From an uncultured Pseudomonadota bacterium (lineage in GTDB: Bacteria; Pseudomonadota; Alphaproteobacteria; Rs-D84): 64,000 bases of DNA. Where the stretch lies: positions 2,128-66,127 of the forward strand of contig CAMZFU010000002.1 of NCBI GenBank assembly GCA_947306185.1. Direction: 5' to 3'. Position numbers and translations under genes: made by a program. This document shows, in pieces, positions 9,797 to 15,647 of this stretch (within the stretch, counting starts at the first letter, position 1; every line of letters starts with the position of its first letter). A model generated the notes under the pieces. That model was not told where the DNA came from. It did not search any database and was given only the letters and a program-made list of their open reading frames with translations.

Positions 9797-10058
9797 ATTC
9801 CGGCCCTTTGTTTTTACGATTGGATATCCCGGGCGTTCGCCACGATACAGAAACGGCTACTGACCCAGATATCCCCTGCGTTTTGTGTTTGTCCGACGCA
9901 ATCGGAACGATTACGTGCGGCCGGGCTGTGACATCCCACCTTGATGCAAGGCAGTATAGAAACAGGCATAATTGTGTTACCTGAAAAGTGTTTCATACAC
10001 TTTGTCCTGCAGGTTAGCAAAATTCTGTTTGGTATTCAGAATAACCGCACACCAAGAA
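9797..10058 (-). ncRNA. structured spacer region of the DGR RNA (between TR and accessory ORF)
   Basis: Several hairpins are visible on the minus strand: attctg/cagaat, aaagtgt/acacttt, ccttg/caagg and aatcg-ttc-cgatt with an extended imperfect stem. A ~12-bp GGGATATCTGGG / CCCGGGATATCC helix is also present. The position matches the spacer RNA of known DGRs. Confidence 0.45.
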
Positions 10059-10190
10059 GCGACAGCCCCAAAAACGCCCGACCGGAAGTCGGAGTTGTTG
10101 CGGACGTTGTTACCGCAGTTGTTCGCACAGTTGTCCGCACAATCGGACGACGACGAGTTCGAGTTGTTGAACACCCAGCGGGACACAGCA
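10059..10190 (-). repeat. DGR template repeat (TR)
   Basis: The 132-bp repeat aligns without gaps to 10701..10832. The coding-sense strand carries 23 adenines: ten AAC codons, one GAT and two GAC. It lies next to the RT and is not part of a credible secreted-protein gene. Confidence 0.92.
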
Positions 10191-10338
10191 ACACGACCAG
10201 CGATTCCAACCGTATTCGATACCACAGCCCATTCCTGTGCGTGACACACCGTTACACATTTTGGTGCGTCACACGCGGGAATTGTTCCAAATGCAAATGC
10301 ATTTGACCAAGGGTTCGCCTTTGGTGAAATGCACGGGG

Positions 10339-10612
10339 AGTGGGTAGTTGTTGGTGTAAGTTGTTGGTGTAAGTAAAACCACTCCCCACTAATCACTAAT
10401 CACTTCCACTTTTTCCCGTCATCCTGAACTTGTTTCAGGATGACGGCGTTCATTCTGATACCATTGTCATTCCCAGCGAAGCGTGGGAATCCAGTCAATT
10501 TGTGTTCCGTGCCGCTACCCACAACTTTTTATTCACTGGATTGCCACGGTCGTCCTTACGGACTCCCTCGCAATGACAATTTACACTCCCCACTAACACT
10601 AATCACTAACAC
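10339..10612. mobile_element. palindromic MITE-like dispersed repeat, copy A
   Basis: The 198-bp core (10401..10598) matches 11206..11403 with only 3 mismatches, and the flanks are also similar. Internal perfect 13-bp hairpin at 10416..10446 (ccgtcatcctgaa/ttcaggatgacgg). Further pairings are attccca/tgggaat and cattgtcatt/aatgacaat, and the ends are ttagtg/cactaa-rich and inverted. Confidence 0.6.
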
Positions 10613-10618
10613 TGCCCT

Positions 10619-10639
10619 GGGGGCGGGGTCGCCGCCCCC
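10619..10639 (-). promoter_or_regulatory. GC-only hairpin downstream of VR
   Basis: gggggcgg-ggtcg-ccgccccc forms a perfect 8-bp G/C stem. It lies 55 nt beyond the target-gene stop codon. Confidence 0.45.
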
Positions 10640-10667
10640 AGCCCCCCACCCATTACCGGTTTCCGTA

Positions 10668-10690
10668 CCTGATGTGCGTTGCACATCAGG
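10668..10690 (-). promoter_or_regulatory. hairpin immediately 3' of VR/target stop codon (candidate DGR target-recognition or terminator element)
   Basis: cctgatgtgc-gtt-gcacatcagg forms a perfect 10-bp stem with a 3-nt loop. It starts 4 nt after the stop codon (10694..10696) and no U-tract follows it. Confidence 0.55.
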
Positions 10691-10693
10691 GCA

Positions 10694-11119
10694 TCAATTT
10701 GCGACAGCCCCAAAAACGCCCGACCGGAAGCCGGAGTTGTAGCGGACGTAGTAACCGCAGCCGTTCGCACAGCTGTCCGCACAAGCGGACGACGACGAGA
10801 ACGAGGCGTAGAACACCCAGCGGGACACAGCAGGATGGGTCATTTTGCACCAACATTTAACACCACCCGTTTCGTATTGTTCGGCATTACTGGCCACCGC
10901 GTACGAACCGCCCGTGTCATTACACACCGCGACACCCGACACATTCCCGTACGGAAACACCGTTGTCCACGTCATATTTGCGGCATTATATGTATATGAC
11001 GTACCTTCGATATACGGGTCCAACACCACCGTGACATAATCAGATGCACTGCACATCACCGATGCAGATGCCGCCCCGGCCATCATCATCACAACAATTG
11101 ATACAATACATTTTTTCAT
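10694..11119 (-). CDS. DGR target: small secreted Cys-rich variable protein
   Basis: The 141-aa protein has a signal peptide (MKKCIVSIVVMMMAGAASASV). Its C-terminal 44 codons are the VR (…AVSRWVFYASFSSSSACADSCANGCGYYVRYNSGFRSGVFGAVAN*). An RBS-like aaaggaaag lies upstream. Confidence 0.9.
   Translation of the reverse strand: MKKCIVSIVVMMMAGAASASVMCSASDYVTVVLDPYIEGTSYTYNAANMTWTTVFPYGNVSGVAVCNDTGGSYAVASNAEQYETGGVKCWCKMTHPAVSRWVFYASFSSSSACADSCANGCGYYVRYNSGFRSGVFGAVAN
10701..10832 (-). repeat. DGR variable repeat (VR)
   Basis: The 132-bp repeat matches the TR at 119 of 132 positions. All 13 mismatches fall at TR adenines (plus-strand T). It ends 4 nt before the target stop codon. Confidence 0.92.
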
Positions 11120-11151
11120 ACTTTCTTTCCTTTGTTTTAGTGGTTAGTGGT

Positions 11152-11415
11152 AGTGGGTAGTTGTTAGTGTAAGTTGTTAATGAAAGTAAAACCACTAACA
11201 CTAATCACTTCCACTTTTTCCCGTCATCCTGAACTTGTTTCAGAATTCCGGCGTTCATTCTGATACCATTGTCATTCCCAGCGAAGCGTGGGAATCCAGT
11301 CAATTTGTGTTCCGTGCCGCTACCCACAACTTTTTATTCACTGGATTGCCACGGTCGTCCTTACGGACTCCCTCGCAATGACAATTTACACTCCCCACTA
11401 ACAACTAACACCAAC
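11152..11415. mobile_element. palindromic MITE-like dispersed repeat, copy B
   Basis: This is a direct repeat of copy A. The 198-bp core at 11206..11403 differs at 3 positions, all inside the 13-bp hairpin, which is degenerate here. Confidence 0.6.
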
Positions 11416-11420
11416 CTATC

Positions 11421-11562
11421 CCATCTGCCCGGGGGGCCAACCGTATTTTTTGCGGCCGGGACGTTTTTCCCCTTGTCGAAGGGGGGGAAACCCCGTTTTA
11501 CCGGGTAGGAATATGGAAGTACGCCCCGAAATACGGTGCAACAATTCCCCCCGGGCAGATGG
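11421..11562. repeat. long inverted repeat / large stem-loop downstream of the paralog gene
   Basis: A perfect 16-bp IR (ccatctgcccgggggg at 11421..11436, ccccccgggcagatgg at 11547..11562) is present. A 9-bp helix accgtattt/aaatacggt (11440..11448 with 11529..11537) extends it, and inner G/C-run hairpins are visible. Confidence 0.5.
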
Positions 11563-11573
11563 GACGGCGTGTT

Positions 11574-12008
11574 TTACCACACCGATTCCAATACCGCCGT
11601 ACGAAACGTCGTACTACTTTGCACCGCCGTTCCGCACGCCAATGTGCATCCCGATGCACATGACGATGCATCAGAATACGTATCTAAAAACACCCAATAC
11701 GACGACATCGGGGTTTGCATCGCACACCAACAATACGGACCTTCGTCCGCCGCAACGGTATATAATGCCGTGTTAACCGTGTTCGCCGTCCCGGTAATCT
11801 CGTTACAGGCCGCATCGCCCGTTATCGTGTAATTTGCAAATGTCGCCGACCATTTCTTGTCCGTGGCATTTGTTACCGATGCAGATGTGCCGTTGGTGGA
11901 TTTGCTGATTGATGCAATATATGTGTTCTTGTGTTTGCACATTGTCTGCGCGGATGCGCATGTAACCGCACATATTCCAATCAAACTTGTAATCATTATT
12001 CTTTTCAT
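11574..12008 (-). CDS. secreted Cys-rich protein, non-diversified paralog of the DGR target
   Basis: I place the start at the internal ATG 12008 (MKRIMITSLIGICAVTCASAQT signal peptide, RBS agggaa), giving 144 aa. It shares the scaffold MC..W..F....CN....CWC.M.P..S.WVF...C A..C...CG..V.....FR with the target. It has no DNA-level match to the TR. Confidence 0.8.
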   Translation of the reverse strand: MKRIMITSLIGICAVTCASAQTMCKHKNTYIASISKSTNGTSASVTNATDKKWSATFANYTITGDAACNEITGTANTVNTALYTVAADEGPYCWCAMQTPMSSYWVFLDTYSDASSCASGCTLACGTAVQSSTTFRTAVLESVW

Positions 12009-12025
12009 CTTGTTGTTCCCTTGGT

Positions 12026-12898
12026 TTATTTTGTTGTGTGATATATCGTCCCGTCGGGGCTTATAAGATTCACCGCACCAGGTGCATTGCCAGATGCCAA
12101 ATTGATATAGCATACGGCCGTAGGTGCCTGGACCCCCAATGCATGTTCTGTGGTTTTTTGTGCATATACCGGAAATGTATATGACCCAACATGCAATTTG
12201 GTGATTCCCCCACCACATAAGGGCACACATTGTCCGCCCCATGTTAATGATTCGCCTGTATCACAAAATGCCGTGCAAAAATCTTCGCTTTGGCGTTCGT
12301 CGCAATCAATCGCGTCAGATGCCCGAACGTAATTCGTACCGCACGTGCCCCCCGATGTGGGAACAAATGTCGTACCCGCACCCGATACATAATTAATCCA
12401 ACCCGTCGGACATTTCGTATTATCATTTGCCGTACAGGTACCATTATTCATATACTCGTTCGTGCCACACAACGTTGGTGCAGAATTCAATATCCCGCCC
12501 GTCGATATAACATACGACCCCGTCGGTACATTAAATAACGCCGTACCATTCCAACAATGCCCATTATTGTCTATGCCACCAACCGTCGTGGACGCGGTTG
12601 TTACCTCGAAATACCCGCTGTCGCAACGACCACGCGATAACGATGTACATGTGTCATCACTCATATATTCGTTCGTGCCACATAACGTAACTTCGTCTTG
12701 TAACAACATCCCGTTAAAGTATGCATTTAAATGTGACGGTGAATCATAAACCGCATAACCTGATGGGCAATGCCCCGATGTATCAATTGCGACAAATGTT
12801 GTTGTTCCACCCACGGTAACTGTATCCACTGGACACGTAACACCAAATGCCGCATGTCCAAAAAATACAAATAAAAATATAATATTTAATTTTCTCAT
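12026..12898 (-). CDS. secreted Cys-rich repeat protein
   Basis: The 290-aa protein has a signal peptide (MRKLNIIFLFVFFGHAAFG). It contains two ~70-aa internal repeats, each ending in TLCGTNEYM(S/N)xxTCT. The protein is G/T/C-rich and I recognise no family. Confidence 0.8.
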   Translation of the reverse strand: MRKLNIIFLFVFFGHAAFGVTCPVDTVTVGGTTTFVAIDTSGHCPSGYAVYDSPSHLNAYFNGMLLQDEVTLCGTNEYMSDDTCTSLSRGRCDSGYFEVTTASTTVGGIDNNGHCWNGTALFNVPTGSYVISTGGILNSAPTLCGTNEYMNNGTCTANDNTKCPTGWINYVSGAGTTFVPTSGGTCGTNYVRASDAIDCDERQSEDFCTAFCDTGESLTWGGQCVPLCGGGITKLHVGSYTFPVYAQKTTEHALGVQAPTAVCYINLASGNAPGAVNLISPDGTIYHTTK

Positions 12899-12932
12899 TT
12901 CCCCCGAATCCTATTTTTGTGTGCAACATACA

Positions 12933-12961
12933 CAAAAAACCGCCGATAAGGATCTGGCGGT
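12933..12961 (-). promoter_or_regulatory. terminator-like hairpin with U-tract in the leader of the Cys-rich gene (possible attenuator)
   Basis: On the minus strand the sequence reads accgcc-agatccttatc-ggcggt followed by tttttt. It lies 35-60 nt upstream of the ATG at 12898. The stem shares 2 nt with an alternative 9-bp helix (12960..12968 with 13022..13030). Confidence 0.4.
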
Positions 12962-13049
12962 CGGGGCGTTCGTAAATCACATAAAGCAATGATTCCTGGG
13001 CCTTTATATATACACCTCAGGCGCCCCGACTACGCGGGGACTTTTGCTT

Positions 13050-13116
13050 TTACGACACAAAATATCGAAAATTACGGATTACGACATATGTGCCGGCTTT
13101 ATGTGGGCTTACGACA
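13050..13116. promoter_or_regulatory. three direct TTACGACA repeats spaced 29-30 bp (candidate regulator binding sites)
   Basis: TTACGACA occurs at 13050, 13079 and 13109, with a related TTACGGA at 13072. The sites sit in the 400-bp non-coding gap upstream of 12026..12898. Confidence 0.35.
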
Positions 13117-13254
13117 GCCCAGAATGCAGATTCCCATCTGATTCGGTATGATTGTAAAAGAATTGCGATGTTATTGCAAGACATTTTCATGTATGTATTG
13201 TATCAAGATGGGCTACTAATACTGAACAGGAACAAAAGCGGGTTTATACACCGT

Positions 13255-13284
13255 AAAAAAAAATCGGATGCAAGAGCATCCGAT
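13255..13284 (-). terminator. intrinsic terminator of mutL
   Basis: On the minus strand the sequence reads atcggatgc-tctt-gcatccgat followed by a T9 run. It begins 23 nt after the mutL stop. Confidence 0.75.
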
Positions 13285-13306
13285 ACACTAAATCAATAAT
13301 ATTATT

Positions 13307-15055
13307 CTATGCGCGTTCAAACCAACTATCAACCTCGGTCAATGGGATAAATTTATACACCGGACGGCCGTGATTACATTCGCCCCCATGTTCTGTTTTT
13401 TCTATATCACGCAACAGCGCATCCATTTGTTCATAGTTCAATTTTTGCCCTGCACGCACCGAATGATGACACGCGTGATTTGCCAATTTCAAATGCAATT
13501 TTTCTTTCATAATGCTGGAATGACCGTACTCACGAACCTCGTCCGCGATATCATGCAATGCCGCCGGCCAATCCATATCCCAATCGGATGGCTTTTCGAA
13601 AATTGCAATTGCATCATCACCAAAAGAATCTATTACCAAACCACTTTCGCGCAATTCTTCAACTATTGTTAATACCGCATTTATATCTTCATTGCGCAGA
13701 TGAACAACTATCGGTGTCAACAATGGTTGAACCTTTATCGTATGGTTGCGCATTTTTTCATATGTTATGCGTTCATGGGCCGCATGCTGATCAATAACGA
13801 CCAACGAATCAGCCGTTGCGGCAATTATATATTTATTTGCAATCTGGCCAACAACGCGTCCCAATGGTTGTATATTAAATACGTTCTCTACAGATTCTAG
13901 ACTTGATGATTTCGGGACTTCATTTTTTGAATTTGTTTGTGTACAAAAAAGTTCCTGTTGACCACTGGATGGTTGCCGAACGACACCTGTATACGTTGAG
14001 AAATGCGGTCTTGATACGATTGGACCAGTAAAAGACATTTTATCATCATGCGCAACCGGCGCAAGCGAAACATTATTTTGATTCATTGTTTGCGCCAACA
14101 CATCACGCAACGATTTAATTATAAATGAACGAACGTGTGTCGGTTCCAAGAAATGAACATCATTTTTCGTTGGCGAAACATTTACATCAACGTGTTCTGG
14201 TGGCAATGTTAAATACAATACACAAAGAGGAAATTCACGGGCGTGCATAACATCCATATATGCCGCACGCAATGCACCAACCAAAACCTTGTCCTTGACT
14301 GGACGCCCATTTACAAATAAATATTGATCCACCGATGATGCCCGTCGTAACGTCGGATCAGATATATACCCCGTAAGTTTCATACCCGTTGTTGAACCCG
14401 ACGTTGCATCGACCGCGTGCATACGTCCAATAACATCATCGCCCATAACTGCGGCGATTCGTTCCATTAACGGTTGGTCTTTTGGAAAGCGCCATTTATT
14501 ATTAAGTATAAAGCCGACATCGCCCCTTGCCATCGCAAGACGTTTTACAACATCCAATACCGCCATCATTTCGGCCCTATCGGAACGCAAAAATTTTAAC
14601 CGCGCCGGTGTTTTCGCAAACAAATTCTGTACACGAATGCGTGTACCACTTTGCCAATCGGACGGTCTGATATCCCCGGTGTTACAATCTAAATGCCACC
14701 CGTTAGAATCAGTACCATTGCATGTATCAATTTCCATATCGGATACAGATGCGATTGACGGTAACGCCTCGCCCCGGAACCCCATAAAATTAATATGCAT
14801 TAAATTATCATCGGGCAATTTTGACGTGGCATGTCGCATAATGGAATTAGCCAGGTCTTCTTTATTCATACCTGAACCATTATCAACCACATTTATTAAT
14901 GTTCGCCCACCATCAACAACATCTATAATTATCTGGTCGGCACCGGCATCTAATGCGTTTTCCACGGTTTCCTTGACAACACTGGCACCGTGTTCCACCA
15001 CTTCGCCGGCGGCAATTTGGTTAACAAGGTAATCTGGCAATAATCTTACCGACAC
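13307..15055 (-). CDS. mutL: DNA mismatch repair protein MutL
   Basis: The N-terminal GHKL ATPase motifs are present (LVNQIAAGEVVEHGASVVKETVENALDAG). The 582-aa protein also has a C-terminal dimerisation/endonuclease domain. Confidence 0.95.
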   Translation of the reverse strand: MSVRLLPDYLVNQIAAGEVVEHGASVVKETVENALDAGADQIIIDVVDGGRTLINVVDNGSGMNKEDLANSIMRHATSKLPDDNLMHINFMGFRGEALPSIASVSDMEIDTCNGTDSNGWHLDCNTGDIRPSDWQSGTRIRVQNLFAKTPARLKFLRSDRAEMMAVLDVVKRLAMARGDVGFILNNKWRFPKDQPLMERIAAVMGDDVIGRMHAVDATSGSTTGMKLTGYISDPTLRRASSVDQYLFVNGRPVKDKVLVGALRAAYMDVMHAREFPLCVLYLTLPPEHVDVNVSPTKNDVHFLEPTHVRSFIIKSLRDVLAQTMNQNNVSLAPVAHDDKMSFTGPIVSRPHFSTYTGVVRQPSSGQQELFCTQTNSKNEVPKSSSLESVENVFNIQPLGRVVGQIANKYIIAATADSLVVIDQHAAHERITYEKMRNHTIKVQPLLTPIVVHLRNEDINAVLTIVEELRESGLVIDSFGDDAIAIFEKPSDWDMDWPAALHDIADEVREYGHSSIMKEKLHLKLANHACHHSVRAGQKLNYEQMDALLRDIEKTEHGGECNHGRPVYKFIPLTEVDSWFERA

Positions 15056-15064
15056 AAGTGTCCC

Positions 15065-15535
15065 TTATTCTTTAAATTTGACTTCCAATATTTCATATTC
15101 GCGTTCACCCGATGGCAACCGTACGACACAGGTATCCCCCACACAACGTCCAATAAGTGCACGACCAACCGGTGAAGTACATGATATAACCTGCTTTCCA
15201 TCTGATTCCACATCGGACAAAATGCGACATTGCATACGGTTTCCATCTTCGTCTTCGCATACAACACGCGCACCAAATACAACCCGGTCACCCGATAAAT
15301 TATCAACATCAATGACCGATGCATTATTTATAAAGTTCTCTATATACTGAATACGTTTATCTATTTCACGTTGCTTTTCACGGGCGGCACTGTAATCCGC
15401 GTTTTCTGACAAATCGCCCAATGAACGCGCCCACTGAACAACCTTTAATATTTCTGGTCTGTCTACTTCTTGTAATTGCTTAAGTTCTTTTACCAAGGCT
15501 TCAAAACCTTGTTTAGAAATTGGTTTCTTGTCCAT
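15065..15535 (-). CDS. greA: transcription elongation factor GreA
   Basis: The 156-aa protein has the coiled-coil N-terminus with the GDLSENADY motif. Confidence 0.95.
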   Translation of the reverse strand: MDKKPISKQGFEALVKELKQLQEVDRPEILKVVQWARSLGDLSENADYSAAREKQREIDKRIQYIENFINNASVIDVDNLSGDRVVFGARVVCEDEDGNRMQCRILSDVESDGKQVISCTSPVGRALIGRCVGDTCVVRLPSGEREYEILEVKFKE

Positions 15536-15647
15536 TTTATCACTTCCCTATTTTCATCTTAGGGTTGCATTATAAATCTTCATTTTAATTTTGCAATTGG
15601 GAAATAAACAGTTTATACTTTTTAATAGACACAAAACAAAATACGAT

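Noticed and set aside
9814-10020. 68-aa basic Cys-rich ORF lying exactly between the TR and the accessory ORF (possible tiny Avd substitute)
   Set aside because: I see no convincing RBS. It overlaps the hairpin-rich region expected to act as spacer RNA and has no helical-bundle character. I keep it only as a caveat to the ncRNA call.
9977-10396. 139-aa minus-strand ORF containing the TR (…VSRWVFNNSNSSSSDCADNCANNCGNNVRNNSDFRSG…)
   Set aside because: It has no signal peptide, and its 5' end starts inside the MITE-like repeat. It simply reflects the open frame of the template repeat, so I treat it as the TR-bearing RNA rather than a protein gene.
10440-10742. Plus-strand ORFs 10440..10742 and 11269..11508 (SFPAKRGNPVNLCSVPLPTTFYSLDCHGRPYGLPRNDN...)
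   Set aside because: They are translations of the palindromic repeat copies. Their near-identity reflects the DNA repeat, and they run antisense into the VR and GC hairpins.
11574-12008. Paralog C-terminus as a second VR of the same DGR
   Set aside because: Only the protein scaffold is shared. DNA identity to the TR is low, and the codons at the equivalent variable positions (tta, gat, tat, ...) are not NNC derivatives of AAC.
13021-13050. Plus-strand terminator-like hairpin ccccg-actacg-cgggg followed by acttttgctttt
   Set aside because: No plus-strand gene ends upstream of it. The stem is short (5 bp), and the sequence is better explained as part of the minus-strand leader structure.
12962-13254. 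Possible stand-alone sRNA/tmRNA/SRP RNA between two minus-strand terminators
   Set aside because: I could not find a tRNA-like T-arm, a tag reading frame or the SRP domain IV motif by eye. I interpret the region as the leader of the downstream gene. A covariance-model scan would be needed to settle this.
8434-13300. Prophage or retron interpretation of the RT region
   Set aside because: No phage structural, integrase or msr/msd-like elements are visible. The adenine-specific TR/VR pattern and the IGNLTSQ motif identify a DGR.
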